Origin: a bacterium
GTDB lineage: Bacteria > Armatimonadota > Fimbriimonadia > Fimbriimonadales > Fimbriimonadaceae
Direction of reading: 5' to 3'
DNA length: 64,000 nt
Assembly (NCBI GenBank): GCA_027483535.1
Contig: JAIXUN010000001.1
Coordinates: 101,432-165,431 of the forward strand
The translations under genes were made by a program, and so were the position numbers. Each line of letters opens with the position of its first letter. Within the stretch, counting starts at the first letter, position 1. Positions 38,692 through 48,030 of the stretch are shown here, piece after piece. The notes under the pieces are model-generated. The model worked only from the letters and a program-made list of their open reading frames with translations, did no database searches and was not told the origin of the DNA.

Positions 38692-39675
38692 ATGGGACGC
38701 CTTTCCGGACGACGCTTCTTGGTGATCCGGTACCGCAAGATGGGAGACACTCTCATGGCAACGCCCATCATTCGGTCGCTGGTGGAAGAGGGCGCCGAGG
38801 TGTTCACCATCGGCGAAAAACCGTGGGAAAGAATCTTTTCCACGCTTCCTGGGGTGCAAGGCAATCTCAACGTCTCGAGCGGCAATCCAGGCTACTGGGA
38901 GTGCATTAAGATTGGCTGGGCCGCTCGAAAGTGGAAGTGCGATGCCGCCTTGGTCCTTCGGTTCAGCAACCGAGCGGCGCTCATTGCAAAGGTGGCCGGA
39001 TGCAGTTCTCGGGTGGGAGCGGTTCGGAAAAACAAACCCGTTCTCTGGCGATTGACGAAGAACGTGTTCGGAGCCACGCAGTCGCTTCCGCATCAGGTGG
39101 ACAAGTACTACGCGGTTGCCGATGCCGCAGCCGGCTTTGAACTGACTAGGCGGCCAACGCTCTTCCAATCGAGCGCAGAAGCGGTTGAACTACCCGAGAA
39201 GTTTCTGACCGTTCACCTTGGAAACGGAGGCTCGAATCTTTCCTGGAGCCCGGAACGATTTGCCAATCTTGTCTCGCGACTAAAGGAAACGGGCTGGGCG
39301 GTTGCGGTGACAGGTGATCAGAAGGAGCGCAGTTCTCATTCGGAGGCCATTTCTTGCGCCGACCACGATTTGGTCGGTGCGACCGATCTCGATAAACTCG
39401 CATCAGTATTTGCGAAATCTTCCGTGGTGATTGCTCTCGATGGTGGCGGTTGCCGACTCGCTACGGCGGTGGGCACACCGATTGTCAATTTATCGATCGG
39501 CTTCAACTGGAGCACCTCCACCGTTATGCCTTGGATGGCTCCGGGCGAGGTTGTTGAGCCGAGCCAACGGTGCGCCCAGTGCTCACCTGGCAAGTGCACC
39601 CTCACCGGTACGACGTGCGGGGACAGCCTTCCCGTCGATCAGGTTTTGGCAGCGGTCCAACGCCTTACTGCTTAA
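38692..39675 (+). CDS. GT9 (LPS heptosyltransferase-like) glycosyltransferase
   Basis: RKMGDTLMATP, W..ERFANL, DLVGATDL..LA, DGG..LA.AVGTP. Confidence 0.88.
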   Translation: MGRLSGRRFLVIRYRKMGDTLMATPIIRSLVEEGAEVFTIGEKPWERIFSTLPGVQGNLNVSSGNPGYWECIKIGWAARKWKCDAALVLRFSNRAALIAKVAGCSSRVGAVRKNKPVLWRLTKNVFGATQSLPHQVDKYYAVADAAAGFELTRRPTLFQSSAEAVELPEKFLTVHLGNGGSNLSWSPERFANLVSRLKETGWAVAVTGDQKERSSHSEAISCADHDLVGATDLDKLASVFAKSSVVIALDGGGCRLATAVGTPIVNLSIGFNWSTSTVMPWMAPGEVVEPSQRCAQCSPGKCTLTGTTCGDSLPVDQVLAAVQRLTA

Positions 39676-40469
39676 TTCGCGGTCACTTCTAGATAGCTGG
39701 CGCCTTGCACAATCCGAAAAACGGGGAGGCTGGGCAGCATGGTCTGAACCGCGTCCTTCAGCGATTCCATGGCGCAATCTTCGCTGACGCCGTGGTTCAC
39801 CACGATCAGCGGGTCGCCCGAATCGTTGCAGTACTCGCCGACAATCCAGGCCCGAGCGATATCGTCGACCGTAATCGCCAAATCAGCGCCGAGATCGTAC
39901 AGCGCCATCGCCTCGCTGCAGCAACCCGTTCCGATTCCAACTTTGGTTATGCGGCGGTTGGGGTCGCCATAGAACTCCAGAGTGGACTGACCAACTGGTG
40001 CAGTGCGCTTCGCCATCGACTGCGTGAACTCTAAAGCGCTGGTCTCCGGAATCTCGTAAACGTGCAAATATCGCTGTGAAGCCACGAGTTTCTCAAGTCC
40101 CAAGAACGGTCCCCATAGGAAGGGCGTGCCAACTTCTGGGATCGCATCCCAAACGTCGTGACACCGCAGGATGGTGAGTCCAAGCTCTTCGATGAGGCGA
40201 GCTTTTTCTTCTTTCGCGCGCTCCATTCGCGGGTGTCCCGGCTGGTTTCTCAGCTCAAAGTGATCGAAGAAGGTGGGCTCGTGCGCGACAACAATGTTCG
40301 CGCCTTTTGCGGCCGCTTCTCGGAGGGTGGATGAATAGGGCATCCAGCAGACGGCTACACCTTTCGCTTCGCGATCGGGATCACCCGCAATCACCCGGTC
40401 GACCGTTTTGGCGGGGTCGCAGTGCGGCCATAGGGCGTGCAGGGCTTCGGATATTTGGTGTGCGGTCAT
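39672..40469 (-). CDS. Nif3-like dinuclear metal centre protein
   Basis: AHEPTFF, RCHDVWD, GTGC, VNHGVSE. Confidence 0.85.
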   Translation of the reverse strand: MTAHQISEALHALWPHCDPAKTVDRVIAGDPDREAKGVAVCWMPYSSTLREAAAKGANIVVAHEPTFFDHFELRNQPGHPRMERAKEEKARLIEELGLTILRCHDVWDAIPEVGTPFLWGPFLGLEKLVASQRYLHVYEIPETSALEFTQSMAKRTAPVGQSTLEFYGDPNRRITKVGIGTGCCSEAMALYDLGADLAITVDDIARAWIVGEYCNDSGDPLIVVNHGVSEDCAMESLKDAVQTMLPSLPVFRIVQGASYLEVTAN

Positions 40470-40656
40470 CCTAACTGTCCGATTATCGTCGCTAACATTC
40501 TATCGAGTAGGCATGTCGAGGCGGAATTTTTCTGCTTCGAGACCGAGACAATCAAGCCGTTCGAAATCTATGAACTCCGAAAAGGCAAATCCAAACTTCT
40601 TGGAGTTTGGAACAGGGACATTCCGGACCCTCTCCAAACGCTTTAAGATTGGAACG

Positions 40657-41145
40657 ATGGTCGATTTGTTGAAGACCCAGTACCTCGCCGCCTACGCAAT
40701 GATTCGCAGTTGCATCGAGCTTTGTCCAGACGAAGAGTGGACGAAAGGCGAGCACCCCCGAGCCTTCTGGCGAGTGGCATACCACGCGCTCTACTACACC
40801 GACCTCTATCTCAGCCCATCGCTTGAAAGTTTTGAAAAGCCTGCTGGATTTCAATGGCATCACGTTGTGACTTGGGACGACGACGAGCGTGGCGTTCCAC
40901 CCGTTGAGCACCCTATGACTCGCGCCGACGTTCTTGCCTACTTATCGACTTTGGAGCAAAAGTTGGAGCAGCAGTTGGCGGTCTTGAACCTTGAGGGCGC
41001 CTCCGGGATTCCGTGGTATCCAGTTTCAAAAGGCGAATTGGCTCTGATCACGTTGCGACATTTGTCGGTCCACACGGGTCAGCTTCAAGAACGGCTCTAT
41101 CCGCACGGGCTAGAACCGATCTGGGCGGGTAGTCGAACGAGCTAG
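40657..41145 (+). CDS. DinB family protein
   Basis: IELCPDEEW, FWRVAYH.L.Y, LRHL..H.GQ; alternative start 40570; TAAGAT 7 nt before 40657. Confidence 0.8.
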   Translation: MVDLLKTQYLAAYAMIRSCIELCPDEEWTKGEHPRAFWRVAYHALYYTDLYLSPSLESFEKPAGFQWHHVVTWDDDERGVPPVEHPMTRADVLAYLSTLEQKLEQQLAVLNLEGASGIPWYPVSKGELALITLRHLSVHTGQLQERLYPHGLEPIWAGSRTS

Positions 41146-41212
41146 GGCCAAAGTTTCGTTGGAGTGACAATCCTCACAGTGGGGTCTCTCCGGTTCGGAG
41201 AAGAATATCGGC

Positions 41213-42424
41213 ATGCACTTCCATCGAGCAGGCCTTGCCGCCGTTCTGACCTTAGCGTCGTTGATCTCCTCCGCGCAACAGAATCCCTTTGCGCCGATGG
41301 AGGCAGCGAGGGATCGAAAAGACTACGTCTCGATGGAGCGCATCTGCCGGGCGAACGTGATGAACGGCTCCCGTGCCGAGTACATGGTTCGGTCTTGGAG
41401 TTGGGCGCTTTCTCGCCTCGACCGTTCTGAGGAAGCCATTCAGGTGGCTAGGCAAAATGTGGCTTGGAATCCTTGTGGCTGGAGTTGGGCAAATCTCGCC
41501 GAGGTGTTCTGCAACGCAGGCGAGTTTGCAAAATCTCGTTCCGCCCTTCTGGAGGTGCCCAAATATCGGAGAGCGGGCGAGGATACGCGCGGTGTCGAGA
41601 ATCACTTGCAAAACCGACTCCAGCGAAAGACTTACGAGATCACGTGGAACTTCCCCGTTCTCGATTCGACTCGCGACCGCGTCCGCAGGATCGTCATTCC
41701 GCAGCAAGAGGGTCGAGTTCAGTCGGACGTGACGCTTAGTATCCGGGGAATTGATAACCCGGTCCGCAAGGTTTCGGGCGATGGAATCGCCTACCTAGAG
41801 GTGACCCAAAAACGGGGAGAGCGCCTTCAGATGTCTGGAACCGTCACTATGTCGCCGTTTAGCTGGCGGCCCTTGTTGAAGAATTTCGACCCATCGGCAC
41901 CTCTTTCTGCAGAAGCAATGCTGTGCTTGGGCAGGTCTGTTGAAGGACAGTTTGTCGGAGTCGATCCTGCCTCTCCCGAGATTCAAGCCCACGCCAAGCT
42001 TCTAAAAGGCGCTAACGACTTGGAGACCATTCAGAGAACGATTCAGTGGATTGAGAAAGAGATTCCGTGGACCGATATTCCCGGTCGGCTCAACTCTACG
42101 GATTGCTTCAAGCTCCGCAAAGGGAGTTGCACGCCCCGCAGTCTGGTAGCGATAGCCCTGCTGAGAGCGAACGGAATTGCGGCGAGGGCATGGCGCGGGT
42201 ACTCCGGCGTAGACGGCATGCGTCGTAATCCCAGTCCTCACACCATTCCTCAATTTTTCGTGCGAGGGGTCGGTTGGGTCGACACCGATTTTGGTCTACG
42301 GCCTTGGGAGGCTCCAACCGCCTATTTGCGGATGTATCACCGAGCGGGGTCGGACTATGGATTTCTCGGCGATGGGATCGACCCTGCGAAGGAAGTCACC
42401 GTCCGGCTCTTGAGCGCAAAGTGA
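41213..42424 (+). CDS. Secreted TPR + transglutaminase-like protein
   Basis: Signal peptide, TPR-like helices, GSCT...LLRANGIAAR (Cys), PHT (His), GWVDTD (Asp). Confidence 0.82.
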   Translation: MHFHRAGLAAVLTLASLISSAQQNPFAPMEAARDRKDYVSMERICRANVMNGSRAEYMVRSWSWALSRLDRSEEAIQVARQNVAWNPCGWSWANLAEVFCNAGEFAKSRSALLEVPKYRRAGEDTRGVENHLQNRLQRKTYEITWNFPVLDSTRDRVRRIVIPQQEGRVQSDVTLSIRGIDNPVRKVSGDGIAYLEVTQKRGERLQMSGTVTMSPFSWRPLLKNFDPSAPLSAEAMLCLGRSVEGQFVGVDPASPEIQAHAKLLKGANDLETIQRTIQWIEKEIPWTDIPGRLNSTDCFKLRKGSCTPRSLVAIALLRANGIAARAWRGYSGVDGMRRNPSPHTIPQFFVRGVGWVDTDFGLRPWEAPTAYLRMYHRAGSDYGFLGDGIDPAKEVTVRLLSAK

Positions 42425-42511
42425 ACCTTCGTTTATCTCAGATGACAACTTTCTCTCATTAGGATCAAGGGTTCGCAACTGTCTCAAGGTTCAGCGCGTT
42501 ATTTTGAAGCA

Positions 42512-42871
42512 GTGAATATCCTCTGTCCGAAGTGTCACGAGCTGATGGTGATTGTTGATCGTCAGGGCATCCACATCGACTATTGCGCGCAGTGCCACGG
42601 CGTGTACCTAGATCGAGGTGAGTTGGAAAAGCTGATCGAAATGTCGAATCACCCTCGTTACAACCAGGGTCATCCAGCCCAGGGGCAGCCCTATGGTCAG
42701 CAGGGTTACGGGCAGTCCGCACCCGGATACGTTCCGCCTGCCCCGGGTTACGCTCCGCCTGTGCCGCCGCAACGACAGCCACAGCGCGGATACGACTCGG
42801 ATTACGACTACAACTATCGGTCGAGAAAGAAGAAGAGCGGATTCCTCTCTGAAATCTTCGATTTCGATTGA
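42512..42871 (+). CDS. zf-TFIIB-like zinc ribbon protein with P/Q/Y-rich tail
   Basis: CPKC...IDYCAQCHGVYLDRGELEKL; C-terminal KKSGFLSEIFD. Confidence 0.88.
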   Translation: MNILCPKCHELMVIVDRQGIHIDYCAQCHGVYLDRGELEKLIEMSNHPRYNQGHPAQGQPYGQQGYGQSAPGYVPPAPGYAPPVPPQRQPQRGYDSDYDYNYRSRKKKSGFLSEIFDFD

Positions 42872-42893
42872 GGCAAAGGGTCCTCTGACTTAC

Positions 42894-43460
42894 CTACGAA
42901 GCGGTCTGCTTGATCAGGTGGATCGCTTCCTCGATGCTCAGCCCAGTTAAGTCTACGACCGGCACACCGATCAGTTGCCATTCTTCAGGCAGTGAACGAG
43001 CCATCTCGTTAATGAACCCTTCGAGCAACTCCGGCTCGAAGGACTTGTTTGCTCGAAGCCGATTCCGGCGAAGGTTCTCTTCTAACTCCAATGTGAGGCA
43101 CACAAAGACGGTCCAAGGGCACTCCTCCTTTGCGAACTTTGCCCAGTGAACGTGTGAGCAGTGATCGATGAAGACGTCAAACCCAGCCTCCGAATAAAGT
43201 CGCGCCTGTAGACCGATCGAGCGGTGAGCCAGCTCGAACTGTTGGCTCATTTCGTCTGTCCAAGGGTGTCCCGGATTGGCACGCCCTCCGATGACAAGTT
43301 CGCGAATACGGTCGCCTTCAAGGTGAACGCCTTTTTCTGATTGACTTGCCATCATGCGGCAAAGGGTTGTTTTGCCGATACCTGGTGGCCCGGTTAGGTA
43401 AAGCACCTGCCCTGTTCTTTTGTTCGGGTCCTTCTCCATCAATCTCTCATTCTTGCTCAT
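42894..43460 (-). CDS. AAA/P-loop kinase family protein
   Basis: LTGPPGIGKTT Walker A; nucleoside kinase-like size. Confidence 0.82.
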   Translation of the reverse strand: MSKNERLMEKDPNKRTGQVLYLTGPPGIGKTTLCRMMASQSEKGVHLEGDRIRELVIGGRANPGHPWTDEMSQQFELAHRSIGLQARLYSEAGFDVFIDHCSHVHWAKFAKEECPWTVFVCLTLELEENLRRNRLRANKSFEPELLEGFINEMARSLPEEWQLIGVPVVDLTGLSIEEAIHLIKQTAS

Positions 43461-43506
43461 GTCGGGGGCTATTCCTAGGGAGGGCAGGGGCTAAACTTGG
43501 GCGGCG

Positions 43507-44523
43507 ATGGCAGCAAATAGTGGGGCAGCAAGCAATGGGGCAACTCGCCTTGGATGGATCGGAACGGCTCATATTCATACTCCTGGCTTCTCAAACGAAG
43601 TCTTGAAACGGGGCCTTGAGTGCGGCGGCATTTGGGATCATGACGAGGCACGCGCTCTGAAGAACGTCGAGAAACTAGGCGGTGAGGTTCGTTCTCTGGA
43701 GTCAATGATCGGAGACGATTCAATCGACGGTTTCATCGTTTGCAGCGAGACGGTTCGGCACCTTGAACTGGTCACCGAACTAGTGAAAGCGAAGAAGCCC
43801 ATCTTCATCGAAAAGCCGATGGGATTCAGCGTCGAACAATCTTTGGCGCTGCTCGAGCTTCTCGAACAGAACCAGATTGTCTTCCAAACGGGATATTTCA
43901 GCCGAGGTCAGGCCAATTACAGACTTCTGAAGCAGAAGGTGGAAGAGGGCTTCTTCGGAACGGTCACTCGAGTTCGAGCGAGCAACTGTCACAGCGGAGC
44001 GCTTGGAGGATGGTTCGACACCGATTGGCGATGGATGGCAGACCGATCGCAGTCGGGTGTGGGTGCTTACGGAGATCTTGGAACTCACGTCTTGGACCTC
44101 CTGCTGTGGATTTTTGGAGGCATCACCTCGGTTACGGGATCGCTCTCCATGGGAACGGCTCGATATGAAGGTTGCGACGAACTCGGTGAGGCGTTGCTCA
44201 AATTCTCGTCCGGCGCGATCGGCACTTTGGCCGCCTCTTGGGATGATGTTGCCGACCCGATTCGGATTCAGGTGATGGGCACGAAGGGCCATGCGATGGT
44301 CGGCTCCGAATTCCAACTGGCAGGACCGGATGGGAAGTTTGAAAAGGTCGATGCGGGCGAAGGTGTCCCCGCCGGCTTTGGTGCTTTCCTCGACTATCTC
44401 GAAGGAAAGTCGGTTGAGCTCGTCACGCCGAGAGAGGCTGCGAATCGCGACATCGTGATGGACGCCATCTACCGGGGTGCCGAATCGCAAACTTGGCAAA
44501 GCATCGACTCGCGCTGGCACTAA
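43507..44523 (+). CDS. Gfo/Idh/MocA oxidoreductase
   Basis: FIEKPM, GAYGDLGTHVLD. Confidence 0.92.
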   Translation: MAANSGAASNGATRLGWIGTAHIHTPGFSNEVLKRGLECGGIWDHDEARALKNVEKLGGEVRSLESMIGDDSIDGFIVCSETVRHLELVTELVKAKKPIFIEKPMGFSVEQSLALLELLEQNQIVFQTGYFSRGQANYRLLKQKVEEGFFGTVTRVRASNCHSGALGGWFDTDWRWMADRSQSGVGAYGDLGTHVLDLLLWIFGGITSVTGSLSMGTARYEGCDELGEALLKFSSGAIGTLAASWDDVADPIRIQVMGTKGHAMVGSEFQLAGPDGKFEKVDAGEGVPAGFGAFLDYLEGKSVELVTPREAANRDIVMDAIYRGAESQTWQSIDSRWH

Positions 44524-44533
44524 GCCCTCATCT

Positions 44534-44561
44534 TTCCTCCCGCTCACGAGAGCGGGAGGAA
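44534..44561 (+). terminator. Terminator-like hairpin
   Basis: TTCCTCCCGCTC-ACGA-GAGCGGGAGGAA. Confidence 0.65.
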
Positions 44562-44713
44562 CAGTGCTTTCTTTGTTCGCTAGAGTAACGCTGGCGAGAG
44601 ATCAACAGACCAAAGGTTGCATTACAGTCTCTTTAATCGACTTGTTGGGAGACAACGCCCTCATCCGAGGGCCTTTGGTGTCTTTTGATTCACTACAAGC
44701 GATAGAATCTTAG

Positions 44714-45790
44714 TTGTTGGGACAGTTTCTCCAAGCGACAGGCGCCATTTGTCTGTCTTTCACCCTTGCGTTTATTGTGATGCTCGCCCTCGGACGCGCG
44801 AGATTCAAGTTTGTGCGCAGTCGATTAGAACTGCTGGGCGGTAGCTTAGTCCCTGCCTTTATTGAGCTTGTCCCTGCCGAGCAAGTGTCGTGGAAGTCCA
44901 AATCGAAGCATAAGGATTACACCGAACAGCTTAAAAAGCTGGGATTTCGCTCGGTTGGACTCTTTGAAATTTCTCCGTTGCAACTGGCTTACACGGACGG
45001 CTACTACCGAGATGCCGATCACCTTTTTGCAGGCATCAGCCAGCACCCTCTGGGCGGAATGTGGCTGGACTTCTTTTGCATTTTAGAGAACGGAAAGGGT
45101 GTTGTCTCCACGAATAGCAAGGAGCAAAACCTCAAGTCGAGATCGCCCATGCGCCTTATCTATCGCAACGAGGGGGCCTCGGTTGACACGCTACTATCCG
45201 AGGCGGAACGCCTTCTGCGAGAGAGTGGATCGGAACCGAATCGGTCGCTTAACTTCAAACAGACTCTGCAAGAGTCCTACCACCTTGAGGCGAAGTGGCA
45301 ATACACGGAAGGGGTTTTCAAAGACCTGCAAGTGGATGATCCGCGCATCATCGGGTTTGGGCTCACCGCAGACGAACAGACGCTTGAATGGCTGAAGTCG
45401 GTCCGCGGGGGTCACGTTCCCGTGGAGCCCAGTGCTTCGGTGGACGAACTCGTTCGAGAATTCCTCGGCGAACCCGATTTGACCCCCGATCAGATTTCCG
45501 AGCGGTACTTGCTCGTGCACGATAATCTGGACCTTAAAGAGTTTCGAAAGGATCTGGAGAAGCGATTGGAACTCCCAGAAGGGTCGGTTCAAAACTGGGA
45601 GCCGGAACGCACCTTAACCGGGGCGAGAAACTTCCTCTTTTTTGCGTCGAAGAGCCTGCACTTAAGCGACCATCTCACGAAGGTCGGTGAGGTGCCTGGG
45701 GCGCTTCTGATCGAGATTTACACCGTTAACCTGGCTTCCCAAACAACGGGCGATGAATCTTTGACCGCCGATAAGGACTCCAATGACTAA
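44714..45790 (+). CDS. Hypothetical protein with N-terminal TM anchor
   Basis: 358-aa ORF, TAGAAT 5 nt before TTG, 8-bp overlap with next gene. Confidence 0.6.
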   Translation: MLGQFLQATGAICLSFTLAFIVMLALGRARFKFVRSRLELLGGSLVPAFIELVPAEQVSWKSKSKHKDYTEQLKKLGFRSVGLFEISPLQLAYTDGYYRDADHLFAGISQHPLGGMWLDFFCILENGKGVVSTNSKEQNLKSRSPMRLIYRNEGASVDTLLSEAERLLRESGSEPNRSLNFKQTLQESYHLEAKWQYTEGVFKDLQVDDPRIIGFGLTADEQTLEWLKSVRGGHVPVEPSASVDELVREFLGEPDLTPDQISERYLLVHDNLDLKEFRKDLEKRLELPEGSVQNWEPERTLTGARNFLFFASKSLHLSDHLTKVGEVPGALLIEIYTVNLASQTTGDESLTADKDSND

Positions 45791-48023
45791 TCTTGCCCTG
45801 GTCTGTTTCGCTCTCGTAGGCTCCGGTGCTGGCCAATCCAAGTATCTCCAAGCAGGACCGATTCAGGTCGGTGAGATTGCTGGACCCGCTCAGGTGCGAG
45901 CCGGGGAATCCACGGAATACCTCCTCAGTGTTCAGGGGTCTTACGACAACCCTTTTGATCCGAAGCAGATCGATGTGGAGGCGGTCATCGAGAGCGATGG
46001 CCAAACGGTCCTTCGCCGCCCTGCGTTCTTTGCCGAAGACTTTGAGCGTCGGCTTGTCGATGGCAAAGAGGTCGTGCAGAGTATCGGCAAGCGGGGCTGG
46101 CGGGTTCGAGTGAACTTTCCGGCAGCGAAAAGCTACCGGATGACCATCGTCGCGAAGGATCGATCTGGAACCGCCACCTCCAAACCGTTCAACGTATCGG
46201 TATCGAACCCCTCACCCACGAATCCAGGCTTCATTCGCGTTGCTCCCGATCAGAAGTTCTTTCAGTACGAGAACGGAAAACCGTACTTCCCTGTCGGTTC
46301 CAACGTGTGTTGGGGCGGCGATGCGGGCGTGTTCAATTTCGAATCATGGCTCCCGAAATACGCCCAACAAGGTTGCAACTACTTCCGAGTTTGGCTGAGC
46401 CCGACCTGGACAACCTTTGGGATGGAATCGAAGGGATCCAAGACGGATGGCAAGGGTCCAGGATTTCTCTCCCTGGAGGCGGCTTTTAAGCTGGATCGAG
46501 TGATGGAGCTTGCCCAGACGCACCAACTACGCGTCAAGCTCTGCTTTGAAAGCTACAACGTGTTGCGAGACAAAGACGCTTATCCGGCTTGGGAAGATAG
46601 CGTCTACAATCGCGATAACGGGGGTCCGCTTGTGGCCCCTCACCAGTTTTGGCGGGATCCAGACGCGCAGCGGATGTACCGCAACAAGATGCGCTATTTG
46701 GTGGCTCGCTATGGGGCAGATCCGAACGTGTTCGCCTGGGAGTTCTGGAACGAGGCGGACCTCACGAGAGACTTCCCAGCGGAGGAAGCCCGGGAGTGGC
46801 ATCGGGAGATGGGGGGTTATCTCCGCTCGATCGACGCCTACAAGCACTTGATCACCACGAGTTTTAGCAACGCGATGGGCGTTCGGGCGATCGACACGAT
46901 TCCCGAGATCGACTTCATTCAGACCCACCACTACGGCGGTCCCGATGTGATCTCGCAAGTGGCCATTCAGCAATCTCGAAAAGGGGGCTGGAACAAGCCG
47001 CATTACGTTGGGGAAATCGGAGCCGATTTCACCGGACCGCGTGCCTCGGACGACCCGGAAGGGCTACAGATTCACGATCCGCTCTGGATCAGCACGTGTA
47101 TGGGTTCGAGCGGAGCAGCGATGCCTTGGTGGTGGGATAGCCACATTGAGCCGTTCAACCTCTATCCGCTGTTTGGAGCGTTGGCGAGATTTGTGAAGGA
47201 CATCGACTTCCCGAACGAGGGCTTTCGACAAACCACTCCAAAATTCGCTTGGCAGTCGCCCGCACAGTCGGTGGCGCTTCGCGACCTAACTGTTCCGTCC
47301 GCGGCGGGCGTGTGGGAAGACTCGCCTTTGCATAAACCGAAGACGGTAGTGATCAACAAGGATGGCAAACCCGTATCCGGCGCGCCGATCGCCTCGTTCT
47401 TCCACGGAAGGCGGAACCACCCCAGTTGGTCCAATCCGGTGACGATCCAGGTCGATCTTCCCAGGAAGACGCGTTTCGACGTTGTTGTCGGCGATGTGTC
47501 TGGCTACGGTGGGGCTCGGCTGGAGATTCAGCTCGATAACCAAGTGGTGATGACGAGGGACTTTAGCGATCCTGACGACAACTCGAAGACAGATTCATTG
47601 ACCTCATATCGGGGGGCATACGGTTTCGATGTCTCCGCGGGCAAGCATACGATCGTGGTTCGAAACACGGGGAACGACTGGTTTGAAGCGAGCCTGCGAT
47701 TCAAGAATCTTCAACAGACCCTCACACCGCCTCTTATCGGCTGGGGCACGGTGGGTGATTCAGTAGTGTTGGCATGGGCTCGACTGGCCGACCGAACTTG
47801 GAAGAGAGTGTGTGAGAACAAGGAAACCATTCCGGCCTGCCCACCTTCCATTCTCACCATGAGCGGACTAGCGGCAGGCACATATGAGACCGAGATTTGG
47901 GATACCTGGAAAGGAGCCGCGATTCAGAGTCAAACCATTCGCGTAGGACTTGATGGAGTGCTTCGCGTAAGGCTTCCCGAAATGGATCGGGACTTCGCGG
48001 TGAAAGCCGTTCTTAAGCAGTAA
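45783..48023 (+). CDS. DUF5060-like domain + clan GH-A (GH5-like) glycoside hydrolase
   Basis: Y.NPFDP.QIDV N-domain; AWEFWNE acid/base and HYVGEIG nucleophile motifs. Confidence 0.82.
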   Translation: MTNLALVCFALVGSGAGQSKYLQAGPIQVGEIAGPAQVRAGESTEYLLSVQGSYDNPFDPKQIDVEAVIESDGQTVLRRPAFFAEDFERRLVDGKEVVQSIGKRGWRVRVNFPAAKSYRMTIVAKDRSGTATSKPFNVSVSNPSPTNPGFIRVAPDQKFFQYENGKPYFPVGSNVCWGGDAGVFNFESWLPKYAQQGCNYFRVWLSPTWTTFGMESKGSKTDGKGPGFLSLEAAFKLDRVMELAQTHQLRVKLCFESYNVLRDKDAYPAWEDSVYNRDNGGPLVAPHQFWRDPDAQRMYRNKMRYLVARYGADPNVFAWEFWNEADLTRDFPAEEAREWHREMGGYLRSIDAYKHLITTSFSNAMGVRAIDTIPEIDFIQTHHYGGPDVISQVAIQQSRKGGWNKPHYVGEIGADFTGPRASDDPEGLQIHDPLWISTCMGSSGAAMPWWWDSHIEPFNLYPLFGALARFVKDIDFPNEGFRQTTPKFAWQSPAQSVALRDLTVPSAAGVWEDSPLHKPKTVVINKDGKPVSGAPIASFFHGRRNHPSWSNPVTIQVDLPRKTRFDVVVGDVSGYGGARLEIQLDNQVVMTRDFSDPDDNSKTDSLTSYRGAYGFDVSAGKHTIVVRNTGNDWFEASLRFKNLQQTLTPPLIGWGTVGDSVVLAWARLADRTWKRVCENKETIPACPPSILTMSGLAAGTYETEIWDTWKGAAIQSQTIRVGLDGVLRVRLPEMDRDFAVKAVLKQ

Positions 48024-48030
48024 CAGAACC

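Noticed and set aside
44586-44635. TPP or glycine riboswitch
   Set aside because: Only partial resemblance (GCCAGCGT on minus; GAGAGA..CCAAAGG..GCA on plus); key conserved elements (CUGAGA and P5 pairing; GAAGG and CUCAGG) are missing.
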